Positions 1-10,210 of a stretch of DNA of 64,000 nt are shown here, one piece after another. Location of the stretch: the NCBI GenBank assembly GCA_013815345.1, contig JACDGK010000004.1:10361-74360 (forward strand), given 5' to 3'. The notes under the pieces were generated by a model. That model was not told the origin of the DNA and ran no database searches. It saw only the letters and a program-made list of their open reading frames with translations. Within the stretch, counting starts at the first letter, position 1; the number at the start of each line of letters is the position of its first letter. The position numbers were made by a program, and so were the translations under genes. Source of the stretch: Patescibacteria group bacterium (GTDB taxonomy: Bacteria; Patescibacteriota; Minisyncoccia; Phycocordibacterales; Phycocordibacteraceae).

Positions 1-1
1 C

Positions 2-2062
2 ATTCGTGAATTCTTTACCGCGAACCAGCTTTCACAATTCATGGATCAGCAGAATATTCTTGCCGAACTCGAGAGCATGCGTACGCTTTCGGCACTTGGT
101 CCCGGTGGCCTCACGCGCGAGCGTGCTGGTTTTGAAGTACGCGATGTGCATCCTTCGCACTATGGACGACTCTGCCCAATCCACACGCCAGAAGGTCAGA
201 ACATCGGTCTTATTCTTCGTCTTGCGCTCCATGCTCGAACGAACGAATTCGGTGTTATTGAAACCCCTTATGCGGTCGTGAAAAAAGGTCTCATCACCGA
301 AGAGATTGTGTATCTCAATGCGCTCGAAGAAGAGGAACACACGATCGCTCACGGTGCGACGCCAGTCGATGCAAAAGGCCGCATCATTGCTGAGACTATT
401 GAGGTGCGTCGCGGTGGCGAGCCTGCAGTCGTCGCGCGTGACGAGATCGATCTCATTGATTCCTCTACGTATCAAATGTTTTCCGCTGCAACCGCAATGA
501 TTCCTTTCGTGGATCATGACGACGCAAACCGTGCACTCATGGGTTCGAACATGCAGAAACAGGCGACACCCGTGCTTATTCCAGAAGCGCCATTGGTAGC
601 GACTGGTATCGAGGGACATGCAGCACGAAACACGGGCCGTCTTGTGATAGCCCAAGAATCAGGAACCGTCACTTTTGTCGACGCACGCCACGTCACAATC
701 GAAAACACTGCTGGAAAGAAGCATGAATACAAGCTTCAAGGTCTCACGCAAACCAACCAAAACTCAGCCTTCTCGCAACGTCCAAGCGTACGCATGGGTG
801 ACAAAGTAAAGAAAGGCGAGGTGCTCGCCGACGCTTCTTCGAGCGCAAACGGGCAGATGGCACTTGGACAAAATGCGCGCGTCGCATTCATGAGTTGGAA
901 CGGGGCAAACTACGAAGATGCCATTATTGTTTCTGAACGCATGGTTGAGAATTCAAAGTTTACGACCGTGCACATCGAAGATTTTGATTGTGCCGTTCGC
1001 GATACCAAGCTTGGCAGCGAAGTCACGACCCATGACATTCCAAACGTTGGAGAACTCCGACTGAAGAATCTCGACGAAGAGGGTGTGGTTCGCATCGGTG
1101 CTGAAGTCCGGCCTGGTGACATTCTCGTCGGAAAGGTCACGCCAAAAGGGGAGACGCAGCTTACCCCTGAAGAGCGCCTTCTTCGTTCTATCTTTGGTGA
1201 CAAAGCGAAAGATGTGAAGGACACCTCGCTTCGTATGGAAGGTGGCAAGCGCGGCCGTGTTATCGGCGTGCGTGTTTTCTCCCGCGAAAAAGGCGACCAG
1301 CTCGAAAGTGGCATCATCAAGAAGATCGTTGTGACCGTCGCGCAGGTTCGTAACGTATCGGTGGGCGATAAGCTCGCTGGTCGTCACGGTAACAAGGGCG
1401 TTATTTCTCGCGTGCTTCCTGTCGAGGACATGCCGTTCGATAAAGACGGCAATCCTATCGACGTCATCCTCACCCCGCTTGGTGTGCCAAGTCGTATGAA
1501 CCTTGGTCAGATTCTTGAGCTGCACCTCGGTCTTGCCGCAAACGAGCTCGGCTACCAAGCCGTCGTACCGCCATTTGCCGGCGCAACCGCTGATGAGATT
1601 CGTGACGAGCTCGAGGCTGCTGGTTTCGATCGTTCCGGCAAAATGAAACTCTTTGACGGGCTCACCGGCGAACCATTCGCTCAGCCGATCTCTGTCGGGT
1701 ACATGTACATCTTGAAACTTCATCACATGGTGGAAGACAAGATTCACATGCGTTCAATTGGTCCGTACTCGCTCATCACGCAGCAGCCGCTCGGTGGAAA
1801 GGCACAAAATGGCGGCCAGCGCTTCGGGGAAATGGAAGTCTGGGCACTTCTTGGCTACGGAGCTGCATACACGCTCCGCGAAATGCTCACCATTAAGTCC
1901 GACGATATTCAAGGACGTTCAGCAACCTTCGATGCCATTGTTAAGGATGAGCCAGTCAGTCATTCAGGTACGCCTGCATCCTTCGCCGTTCTTACCAATC
2001 AAATCCGTGGACTGGCGCTCGACATCGAGCCGATGGACTATGTGGACGATTCCAATTACTAA
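2..2062 (+). CDS. rpoB: DNA-directed RNA polymerase subunit beta (5' partial)
   Basis: Frame open from window edge (IREFFTANQLSQFMDQ); motifs GPGGLTRERAGFEVRDVH, GDKLAGRHGNKG, GGQRFGEMEVWAL. Confidence 0.99.
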   Translation: MREFFTANQLSQFMDQQNILAELESMRTLSALGPGGLTRERAGFEVRDVHPSHYGRLCPIHTPEGQNIGLILRLALHARTNEFGVIETPYAVVKKGLITEEIVYLNALEEEEHTIAHGATPVDAKGRIIAETIEVRRGGEPAVVARDEIDLIDSSTYQMFSAATAMIPFVDHDDANRALMGSNMQKQATPVLIPEAPLVATGIEGHAARNTGRLVIAQESGTVTFVDARHVTIENTAGKKHEYKLQGLTQTNQNSAFSQRPSVRMGDKVKKGEVLADASSSANGQMALGQNARVAFMSWNGANYEDAIIVSERMVENSKFTTVHIEDFDCAVRDTKLGSEVTTHDIPNVGELRLKNLDEEGVVRIGAEVRPGDILVGKVTPKGETQLTPEERLLRSIFGDKAKDVKDTSLRMEGGKRGRVIGVRVFSREKGDQLESGIIKKIVVTVAQVRNVSVGDKLAGRHGNKGVISRVLPVEDMPFDKDGNPIDVILTPLGVPSRMNLGQILELHLGLAANELGYQAVVPPFAGATADEIRDELEAAGFDRSGKMKLFDGLTGEPFAQPISVGYMYILKLHHMVEDKIHMRSIGPYSLITQQPLGGKAQNGGQRFGEMEVWALLGYGAAYTLREMLTIKSDDIQGRSATFDAIVKDEPVSHSGTPASFAVLTNQIRGLALDIEPMDYVDDSNY

Positions 2063-2079
2063 TTTTCACTACACTACCT

Positions 2080-5000
2080 ATGCCTACTCCTTTTCCTTCA
2101 CATAAAAAATCAATGGCAGGTCGTCCCGGCGATTGGAATGCACTTCGATTATCGCTCGCGAGTCCTGAACGTATTCTCGAATGGTCACAAGGCGAAGTGA
2201 CGAAACCAGAAACCATCAACTATCGCACTCAACGTTCTGAAAAGCACGGACTCTTCGATGAGAAGATTTTCGGTCCAGAACGTGACTACGAATGTTATTG
2301 CGGTAAGTACAAAGGTATCCGCTACAAAGGTATCGTTTGTGATAAGTGCGGTGTGGAAATCACACGCTCTATCGTACGTCGCGAACGTATGGGCCACATC
2401 GAACTCGTTACGCCGGTCGCACACATTTGGTTTCTTCGTTCGATGCCCTCACGCATGGCACTTCTTTTGGGTGTTCCGACAACCGACCTCGAAAAGGTTA
2501 TCTATTTTGCTGGATACATCGTCACGAAAGTCGCTGAAGACGTGAAAAAGCGATTGCTCGCTGAACTCGAAAGCGAGTATAAAACGAAGCACAAAGCATC
2601 GGAGACTGACGCTGCTCGCGATGCGCTCAAAGAGCGCATGACCGTGGCACGTTCGGAAATCGATAGCGTAGTAGTGGGCAAGGTATTCGACGAAGTCTCC
2701 TATCACCGTTTCTCCGTAAAATACGGCACGCTTTTTGAAGCGAAGATTGGCGCCGAAGCCATTTATGAACTATTCCGAAATCTCAAACTCGACGATCTAA
2801 AGAGGAAACTCGAGGAACGGTATCTTGTTTGCGGTGCTGCTGAACGTGAGAAACTCGCGAAGCGCATCTCCCTTATCTCTTCGATGATCGCCGCGAAGAT
2901 CCGTCCCGAATGGATGTTCCTCACGAAGATTCCCGTTATTCCGCCAGCCCTTCGTCCGATGGTTGCTCTTGAAGGTGGCCGTCACGCGACGTCCGACGTA
3001 AATGACCTTTATCGTCGCGTTATCAACCGCAACAACCGTCTCAAAAAACTCCTCGATATTCATGCGCCGGAAGTTATCCTCCGCAACGAAAAGCGTATTC
3101 TTCAGGAGGCAGTGGACGCCTTGCTTGATAATTCCATCCGTAAATCTGGCGCAAATGCTGGCGCACTTACTCCTGCGCAGCGTCGCCCGCTCAAGTCTCT
3201 TGCAGACTATCTAAAAGGGAAGCAGGGATACTTCCGTCAGAATCTTCTTGGAAAGCGCGTCGACTACTCGGGTCGCTCGGTGATCGTCGTCGGTCCAAAC
3301 CTCGAGCTCGACGAATGCGGTCTTCCAAAGCATATGGCACTTGAGCTTTTCCGGCCGTTTGTCATCGCCGGACTGCTTGGTCGCGAGCTCGCCTTTAACA
3401 TCCGTGGCGCTGGCCGTCTTATAGAAGATGGCGTACCGGAAGTGTGGGAAATTCTTGAAGAAGCGATTCAGGGCAAACACGTTCTTTTGAATCGCGCACC
3501 GACGCTTCATCGTCAGGGTATTCAGGCCTTTCGTCCGAAGCTCATCGAAGGAGACGCTATCCAGCTCCATCCACTCGTATGCCCTGCTTTCAATGCGGAC
3601 TTCGACGGGGATCAGATGGCCATCCATGTGCCGCTTTCAGAAGAAGCGCAGTGGGAAGCGGCGAACATCATGAGTGCGAATAAGAATATTCTCAAACCCG
3701 GTTCTGGCGACATGATCGTGCTCACCCAAAAGCCGCTCGATATCGTGCTCGGTACCTACTGGCTCACGAAAGAGATTGCAGGAGCGAAAGGGGAAGGTGA
3801 CTATTTTGCATCTCCAAACGCGGCGATTCTTGCACACGAATATGACGCCGTCGATCTGCGTGCAAAGATTCATGTGCTGCCAGTTTCCGGAAAAGAAAAA
3901 TATGCGGAATACGGTGACAAGACCTTTGAAACGACCATTGGACGTCTGCTCTTCAACACGGTGCTTCCTACCGACTACCCATTCGTGAATGATGCGATCA
4001 CCACGAAGGTACTGAGTAGTATCATGAGTGATTCTATTGTACGGTACGGCATCGATTCGATTCCGGGCATCGTGAACAAGATTAAAAAGTTCGGCTTCGA
4101 ATATGCGACGAAATCCGGTGTGTCGTGGAGCCTTGACGATACAATCGTTCCGGAAGGAAAGGCAGCTGTTATTGATGAGGCACGAACGAAAGTAAATCGC
4201 ATTCAAAGCGATTTCCATGATGGACTTCTTTCCGAAGAAGAGAAACGTCGTATGGTTATTGAGATTTGGCACGGCGCAAAGACGAAGGTTGAGAAGCTCG
4301 TCGAAGCCTCACTCAGTCCCATGGGTTCCGTGCATGACATGGTGCGTTCAGGTGCTCGCGGAACGACCGGAAATCTCACGCAGATGGCGGGTATGAAAGG
4401 TCTTATTCAGAACACCGCAGGAGAAACCATCGAGGTGCCTATCGTGTCTTCGATGATCGAAGGGTTGAATCCCGTCGAGTATTTCATGAGTACACACGGC
4501 GCACGTAAAGGTCTTACTGATACGGCGCTTGGTACCGCACGTGCAGGATATCTCACCCGTCGTCTTTTCGACACGGCGCAGGACTCAATCATCACGGAAA
4601 AAGATTGTGGCACCAAGCGGGGTATTGCGATCAATCGTATCTCCGCATCAGGTATTCGTATTGATTTCGCAAAGGCAGTGCGCGGACGTTCGCTTGCCAC
4701 GGAAATTTCTGATGGCCAGAAGACGATTTTTAAGAAAGGACATTACATTACTGCTGATGATTCTCAGGTAATAAATGATGCGGCAACGGTCATGTCTATT
4801 CAGGTCCGTTCTCCGATGTCGTGCGAAACTCGGTATGGTATTTGTGGCACATGCTATGGCATGGACCTTACCACGCAGCTTCCTATCGATCTCGGCGAGG
4901 CAGTCGGTACAATTGCGGCTCAGGCGATCGGCGAGCCGGGAACCCAGCTTACTATGCGTACCTTCCACGCAGGTGGAACCGCAAGTATTGGTGGTGACAT

Positions 5001-5826
5001 CACGCAGGGTCTCCCTCGTGTGGAAGAAGTTTTCGAAAAGCGCTCACCAAAGAATCCTGCCATCGTTTCCAAGATTGACGGTTTGGTAACCGATATTAAG
5101 GAAGCAGGGCGTGAAAAAATTATCGTCGTACAGCCAGAAGCAGGACAAGGCAAGAAGGATGGTTCGGCGACCGAATATCTCGCGGTGTATCCCCGCCAAG
5201 TGCTTGTAAAGATTGGCGATAAGGTTGCCAAAGGCAAGCTTATCACAGATGGCTCCGTAGACCTTGATGACCTCTTTGAGTATGCCGGCCGCGCCGCGGT
5301 CCAGGAATATATCATCACGGAGACCAGCAAGATTTACGAGCTGCAGGGAGGTTCGGTTTCTCGCAAACACCTCGAAGTGATCGTGCGACAGATGTTCTCC
5401 CGCGCGAAGATTACCGAAACGGGGGACTCTGAATTTTCCGTCGGTGATGTTGTCGAGCATTGGGAATTCGAAGAGATTTTGAAAGAGATGGAGGAGGATG
5501 GGAAGATTCCTCCGAAGGCTCGCGAAATGGTTCTCGGTATCAAAGAATCCGCACTTTCACGACGGTCGTTCCTTTCAGCTGCGTCATTCGAACAGACAAC
5601 CAAAATTCTCATCAACGCCTCTCTGAAGGGAAGCGTAGATACGCTTCGTGGACTCAAGGAAAACGTTATCCTCGGACGCCTCATTCCAGCAGGTACAGGA
5701 TTTGCGGGAAGCAAGAAACGCGAATCCATCGACAAGCTTCAAGCGACGCGTCGCACGACGATCGCAAACCAAGCAGCAATGATTGCGGAAAGGGAACTTG
5801 CCGAAGCAAAAGCGTCCGCCGCGTAA
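2080..5826 (+). CDS. rpoC: DNA-directed RNA polymerase subunit beta'
   Basis: Zn finger CYCGKY..CDKC, catalytic [20 protein letters not shown]; directly follows rpoB. Confidence 0.99.
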   Translation: MPTPFPSHKKSMAGRPGDWNALRLSLASPERILEWSQGEVTKPETINYRTQRSEKHGLFDEKIFGPERDYECYCGKYKGIRYKGIVCDKCGVEITRSIVRRERMGHIELVTPVAHIWFLRSMPSRMALLLGVPTTDLEKVIYFAGYIVTKVAEDVKKRLLAELESEYKTKHKASETDAARDALKERMTVARSEIDSVVVGKVFDEVSYHRFSVKYGTLFEAKIGAEAIYELFRNLKLDDLKRKLEERYLVCGAAEREKLAKRISLISSMIAAKIRPEWMFLTKIPVIPPALRPMVALEGGRHATSDVNDLYRRVINRNNRLKKLLDIHAPEVILRNEKRILQEAVDALLDNSIRKSGANAGALTPAQRRPLKSLADYLKGKQGYFRQNLLGKRVDYSGRSVIVVGPNLELDECGLPKHMALELFRPFVIAGLLGRELAFNIRGAGRLIEDGVPEVWEILEEAIQGKHVLLNRAPTLHRQGIQAFRPKLIEGDAIQLHPLVCPAFNADFDGDQMAIHVPLSEEAQWEAANIMSANKNILKPGSGDMIVLTQKPLDIVLGTYWLTKEIAGAKGEGDYFASPNAAILAHEYDAVDLRAKIHVLPVSGKEKYAEYGDKTFETTIGRLLFNTVLPTDYPFVNDAITTKVLSSIMSDSIVRYGIDSIPGIVNKIKKFGFEYATKSGVSWSLDDTIVPEGKAAVIDEARTKVNRIQSDFHDGLLSEEEKRRMVIEIWHGAKTKVEKLVEASLSPMGSVHDMVRSGARGTTGNLTQMAGMKGLIQNTAGETIEVPIVSSMIEGLNPVEYFMSTHGARKGLTDTALGTARAGYLTRRLFDTAQDSIITEKDCGTKRGIAINRISASGIRIDFAKAVRGRSLATEISDGQKTIFKKGHYITADDSQVINDAATVMSIQVRSPMSCETRYGICGTCYGMDLTTQLPIDLGEAVGTIAAQAIGEPGTQLTMRTFHAGGTASIGGDITQGLPRVEEVFEKRSPKNPAIVSKIDGLVTDIKEAGREKIIVVQPEAGQGKKDGSATEYLAVYPRQVLVKIGDKVAKGKLITDGSVDLDDLFEYAGRAAVQEYIITETSKIYELQGGSVSRKHLEVIVRQMFSRAKITETGDSEFSVGDVVEHWEFEEILKEMEEDGKIPPKAREMVLGIKESALSRRSFLSAASFEQTTKILINASLKGSVDTLRGLKENVILGRLIPAGTGFAGSKKRESIDKLQATRRTTIANQAAMIAERELAEAKASAA

Positions 5827-5845
5827 ACTAATTTTTTACAGATTG

Positions 5846-5880
5846 GAAAAACACCAGCGAAAGCCGGTGTTTTTCTTTTG
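5846..5880 (+). terminator. intrinsic terminator after rpoC
   Basis: gaaaaacacc-agcgaaagcc-ggtgtttttc hairpin followed by T-tract. Confidence 0.8.
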
Positions 5881-5929
5881 TTTTTCTGAAAATGCCTGCA
5901 TCCAGATTCTGGAGTAGAATGAGGTGACT

Positions 5930-7609
5930 ATGGCCGACAGCAATGTACAGAGTATTAAGGAAAAGCTTTCGATCATCGATGTCGTAGCACCTTATGTAAA
6001 GCTTACCAAAGCCGGAAAATATATGCGTGGATTATCGCCGTTTGCGAAAGAAAAAACTCCCTCATTTTTCGTAAATGTCGATCGCGGTAGCTACTACTGT
6101 TTCTCTACGAGCCAGGGCGGCGATATTTTTACGTTTGTTGAAAAAATGGAGGGCGTGGATTTTCGTGGAGCGATGAAGCTCTTAGCAGAAAAAGCAGGCA
6201 TCGAACTCACAAATGAGCGCGGTGTCGACCACGGTCGTACCGAGCGTCTACGTGACGCGATGTCGCAAGCGGTCCAGTTCTTTGAGAGAGGTCTCTCGAA
6301 AGACTCAGCCGCATATACCTACGCTCTGTCTCGCGGACTCACATCCGAGACGATCACCTCATGGGCACTCGGCTACGCTCCCGACTCATGGCGCGGACTC
6401 CTGGAAGAACTCAACGGAAAAGGATTCTCAAATGCTGAACTCATATCAGCAGGGCTGATCAAAGAAGCCGATGGGCGGAAGGGAACGTGGTATGACCGAT
6501 TCCGTAATCGTTTAATGTTTCCGATACGAGATGCCGCCGGAAGAACCGTCGCCTTCACGGGACGCGCACTCGATCCGAACGATCAAGCGAAATATCTCAA
6601 CAGTCCTGAGACTGAACTTTTCAAGAAACATGAAGTGCTCTTTGGTATGGATCGCGCAAAAGATTCGATTCGAACGCGAGGATTCGCGATACTCGTGGAA
6701 GGTCAGTTTGATCTGCTCCTTTTGCACCAGGTTGGCTTCCAGAATACAATCGCCCTTTCGGGCACGGCACTTTCGTCCCAACATCTTTCGCTGATAAAGC
6801 GGTATGCTGACAATCTAATGCTCTGTCTCGACGCGGATACCGCGGGGCTCGCGGCAAGCGCAAAGAATGCAGAAACCGCGCTGCGCGCGGGCATGCGGGT
6901 AAAAGCCGTTCGTCTTCCTTCCGGGAAGGATCCTGCAGATCTAGCACATGAAGATCCGAAAGACTTTGCCAAGCGGGTGGGTGAGGCGCAATCTATTGTC
7001 GAATTTTTCCTTTCCGTACTTACTAGTAGCGAGAAAGATTCACATCGTCTTGTGCTCGCTGCGGAAAGGACGGTTGTTCCGCTCCTTTCCGCTATTCAAA
7101 GTCCCCTCGAGCGGGAGCATTTTGTCGGTGTTATGGCACGCACTCTCGGACTTTCGGCGGACTCAGTTCGAGCCTCACTCGCTAAAACAACGTCCCCCTC
7201 ATTTGTAAGCAAGAAAACTCCTTTGGCACCCGTAGTATCTAGTGAAAAGATAGGTTCAACTGTAGCGCGACGAGGAGAGTTCCTCTTGGCCGTAGCCGCT
7301 AATTATCCCGATACGGAGCTTGCCGAAATGCTAAAAAACGAGTATTCTCGTATAATCGGCGCCTCGGTTCCAGAAGAACCGATTCCAGAACGCGTCCTTT
7401 TTGAGGCTGGTTTATCCTTCGGGGAACCGCCCACTGAATCTGCCATTTCTGATCTTGTATCTATGCTCGAACGTGCCGTCCTCGCCGAACGTTTGAAAGA
7501 CGCGACCGACGACCTTCGTCGAGCTGAGTTAGCGGGTGATGCTACCGCTATCGCTACGCTCATCACTACCTGCAAAGACCTTTCCTCGCGCCTCGCCGTT
7601 TTTTCCTAA
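5930..7609 (+). CDS. dnaG: DNA primase
   Basis: N-terminal ZBD-like region (EKTPSF, GGDIFTF), DRFRNRLMFPI, KYLNSPET, Toprim VEGQFD and DAD; TAGAAT -10 shortly before ATG 5930. Confidence 0.97.
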   Translation: MADSNVQSIKEKLSIIDVVAPYVKLTKAGKYMRGLSPFAKEKTPSFFVNVDRGSYYCFSTSQGGDIFTFVEKMEGVDFRGAMKLLAEKAGIELTNERGVDHGRTERLRDAMSQAVQFFERGLSKDSAAYTYALSRGLTSETITSWALGYAPDSWRGLLEELNGKGFSNAELISAGLIKEADGRKGTWYDRFRNRLMFPIRDAAGRTVAFTGRALDPNDQAKYLNSPETELFKKHEVLFGMDRAKDSIRTRGFAILVEGQFDLLLLHQVGFQNTIALSGTALSSQHLSLIKRYADNLMLCLDADTAGLAASAKNAETALRAGMRVKAVRLPSGKDPADLAHEDPKDFAKRVGEAQSIVEFFLSVLTSSEKDSHRLVLAAERTVVPLLSAIQSPLEREHFVGVMARTLGLSADSVRASLAKTTSPSFVSKKTPLAPVVSSEKIGSTVARRGEFLLAVAANYPDTELAEMLKNEYSRIIGASVPEEPIPERVLFEAGLSFGEPPTESAISDLVSMLERAVLAERLKDATDDLRRAELAGDATAIATLITTCKDLSSRLAVFS

Positions 7610-7684
7610 GCGCACGTTTTTCCTCGTCATACTCATACGAAATTCACCCCTTTTATCTTTTCCTACTAACTCATACCTATACTT

Positions 7685-8971
7685 ATGGCTACAAAAAAGA
7701 AATCCACAAAAAAGCCAGTACGAAAAGCTGCTAAAAAAAGCGGTGTAAATAAATCTGCAAAAAAATTAAAGAAGCCTTTGAAGAAAACGCCTGCAAAAGG
7801 AATGAAAAAGAAACCGGTAAAGGTAGTAACAAAGAAGCTTTCCAAGAAAACCAAAACAATGGCGGTTGTTCGCAGTGCTGCGCAGGGAGTAAAAGCAAAA
7901 GCACTTTCGGTTCGAGATGCGCAAGCGGAGCACCTCGTAAAAAAAGGCCGCGAACGAGGCTATATTACCTATAGCGAAATTCTCAAGGAATTTCCCCATA
8001 TCGAGAATGATATTTCATTCCTTGATGAGCTCTATGAGCGTTTCAGTGGAAACGGCATCGATATTTTGGAAGGTGGCATGCTAGAAGACAATGCTGATGA
8101 ATACCTCGCAAGTCGTAACATAAAAGGACGCGAATCATCGAGCTATGATTCTATTCAAATATATCTCCGTGAGATCGGTCAGTATCCACTTTTAACCGCA
8201 GCAGAAGAGCGCAATCTTGCCCAGCGTATCGAAGCAGGGGAGGAAGAAGCGCGAGCGCTCCTCATGCGCGCAAACCTGCGTCTCGTGGTCTCCATCGCAA
8301 AGAAATACGTTGGTCGCTCGCCGGACCTTACGCTACTTGACCTTATCCAGGAGGGAAATCTCGGACTGCATAAAGCCGTCGATAAATTTGACTGGGAGAA
8401 AGGCTTTAAATTCTCAACCTATGCAACCTGGTGGATTCGTCAGGCTATTACTCGTGCGCTTGCCGACCAGTCCCGTACTATTCGTATTCCCGTGCACATG
8501 GTGGAAACTATCGCGAAATACAAGCAAATTTCCCGCCGCCTCGCGCAAGCGCTCGGCCGCGATCCGCAGCCAGAAGAAATAGCGGTAGAAATGGGCGTGG
8601 AAGTGGAAAAGATCTACCAGATCGAAAAGATCAATCAGGACACGCTTTCGCTCGAGAATCCAATCGGGTCTGATGACGACGAGAAATCCACACTCGGCGA
8701 CTTCATCGCTGACGACAAAATTCCTTCACCAGTGCAGGAGTCTTCAGAGCGCATCCTCACCGAACAGGTCCGGGATATTCTGGATGACCTTAGTCCGAAA
8801 GAACGCAAGATCCTAGAGATGCGTCATGGACTGCTCGACGGTGTGTATCACACGCTCGAAGAAGTGGGGAAGGAGTTTGGTGTGACCCGTGAACGTATCC
8901 GTCAGATCGAAGCGAAAGCACTCGAGAAAATTCGCACGCACGAAAAGAGTCGCCGATTGAAAAGTTATTAA
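7685..8971 (+). CDS. rpoD: primary sigma factor sigma70 with Lys-rich N-terminal tail
   Basis: Region 2 [12 protein letters not shown] / [10 protein letters not shown] / [16 protein letters not shown]; region 4 [20 protein letters not shown]; follows dnaG. Confidence 0.97.
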   Translation: MATKKKSTKKPVRKAAKKSGVNKSAKKLKKPLKKTPAKGMKKKPVKVVTKKLSKKTKTMAVVRSAAQGVKAKALSVRDAQAEHLVKKGRERGYITYSEILKEFPHIENDISFLDELYERFSGNGIDILEGGMLEDNADEYLASRNIKGRESSSYDSIQIYLREIGQYPLLTAAEERNLAQRIEAGEEEARALLMRANLRLVVSIAKKYVGRSPDLTLLDLIQEGNLGLHKAVDKFDWEKGFKFSTYATWWIRQAITRALADQSRTIRIPVHMVETIAKYKQISRRLAQALGRDPQPEEIAVEMGVEVEKIYQIEKINQDTLSLENPIGSDDDEKSTLGDFIADDKIPSPVQESSERILTEQVRDILDDLSPKERKILEMRHGLLDGVYHTLEEVGKEFGVTRERIRQIEAKALEKIRTHEKSRRLKSY

Positions 8972-8989
8972 AATATAGCTGATTAAGAT

Positions 8990-9397
8990 ATGGCACACGG
9001 GATTTTTATCACCGCATTAAACTGCATGGATGGCCGCTGTCAGGAAAAGGCGCTGGCATATACCAAGAATCTTTTTGAGAATGAAGCGAATGTCGACATG
9101 ATCACTGAGCCTGGCATCGATGGACTCCTTGCGGGAACGCATTCGGTTGTAGGTCCCGAGGAAATACCAGCTCGTATTGAGTGGATTCGTGCGAAAGCCG
9201 AGATTTCTGCAAAAGGTCACGGGTCTACACAAGTCATGATTTTCGGCCATTGCGGTTGCGCCGGGAACAAAGTCGAGCTTGATGGACACAAAGAACACCT
9301 GCGTCTCGCAAAAAAAACAGTAGAAGGCTGGGGCCTGTTTAAAGAGGTGCAGATTGCTGTTTTTAACGAAGCATTTGAAGTTGAGCCGGTTTCGTAA
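8990..9397 (+). CDS. putative beta-class-like carbonic anhydrase
   Basis: Zn-ligand motifs CMDGR and HCGC, plus DMITEPG. Confidence 0.75.
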   Translation: MAHGIFITALNCMDGRCQEKALAYTKNLFENEANVDMITEPGIDGLLAGTHSVVGPEEIPARIEWIRAKAEISAKGHGSTQVMIFGHCGCAGNKVELDGHKEHLRLAKKTVEGWGLFKEVQIAVFNEAFEVEPVS

Positions 9398-9409
9398 TAG
9401 TTAAAAAAG

Positions 9410-9446
9410 AAAGGCCCTGTTCGCGCTTGCGCGAACAGCGCCTTTT
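9410..9446. terminator. bidirectional terminator between convergent CA-like genes
   Basis: aaaggccctgttcgcgc-tt-gcgcgaacagcgcctttt with A-tract before and T-tract after. Confidence 0.75.
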
Positions 9447-9460
9447 GAATTGTGTCGTGG

Positions 9461-10060
9461 TTAGAGACTGCTTCCCAGCCGTTCATTACCTTGATCGATG
9501 GCGAGGAAATTGCCCCATCTATGACGGTTAAACCAATAGAGCTCTTTGTAGGGATTGGCCGCCCCGCCGTGGTCGACGTGCAAGCCGATCAAGATCTCTA
9601 TTTCGCGAGATTTCTCTCGAAAGAGACTGAGAAGAGCCTCTTTGGCACGAGAGTACAGTCCTAGCTGTTCGTCCATGGTGAGCTCGGCGTTGTTAGCGAC
9701 GCCGCATGGCCAGTGACCATAGATGCTGATCGCGTGAAGATTCTTGAGCTCGATGGCGAGAAGAATGTCATCGAGCCACATCTGACTCTCGAACGGTTTT
9801 GCCACCGATGACTCGGGAGCGATTCTCAGACCGAGTCCGTTGTTGGCAATCACGTGGTGACAGTGACGCCCACTGCACTGAAGCCAGTGGCGCATCATGA
9901 TGTTTTGCATCTGATCCCCATCGCTGCAGGATATGGTCAGCGTCCCTTCATTTCCTGGGAACAGTCGGGGACTCATCGGAACCAAAACCTCAGCGACAAC
10001 AAGTTGACCGATATAGGCAGCTTCTTGCTGAAGCCGCTCACTCGAAAAATCAAATCCCAT
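9461..10060 (-). CDS. divergent carbonic anhydrase-like Zn-binding protein
   Basis: ISCSDGDQ and YGHWPCG resemble the CxD...HxxC ligand set; start ATG 10060 follows GGAG. Confidence 0.55.
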   Translation of the reverse strand: MGFDFSSERLQQEAAYIGQLVVAEVLVPMSPRLFPGNEGTLTISCSDGDQMQNIMMRHWLQCSGRHCHHVIANNGLGLRIAPESSVAKPFESQMWLDDILLAIELKNLHAISIYGHWPCGVANNAELTMDEQLGLYSRAKEALLSLFREKSREIEILIGLHVDHGGAANPYKELYWFNRHRWGNFLAIDQGNERLGSSL

Positions 10061-10210
10061 GTTTTTCTCCAAAGAAAAAGTGAAACGTCCACTTTATATC
10101 ATACACATTTTATTGATTTTTGTAAAGGTCATCGACTCCATTGTTCGAGGGCGATTTATGTGGCAAGGTAAAGCCAGAACATAGCCATGGTGGCAAGGAA
10201 GGAATAGAAA

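Noticed and set aside
32-5772. Long antisense ORFs over rpoB/rpoC (and similar ones over dipZ, glcD, purD, the response regulator)
   Set aside because: Shadow frames of well-conserved genes; no motifs or start signals
10130-10210. Purine/ZTP riboswitch in the purB (or purD) leader
   Set aside because: Leaders are short and lack the consensus; only a 9-nt GTGGCAAGG duplication is seen
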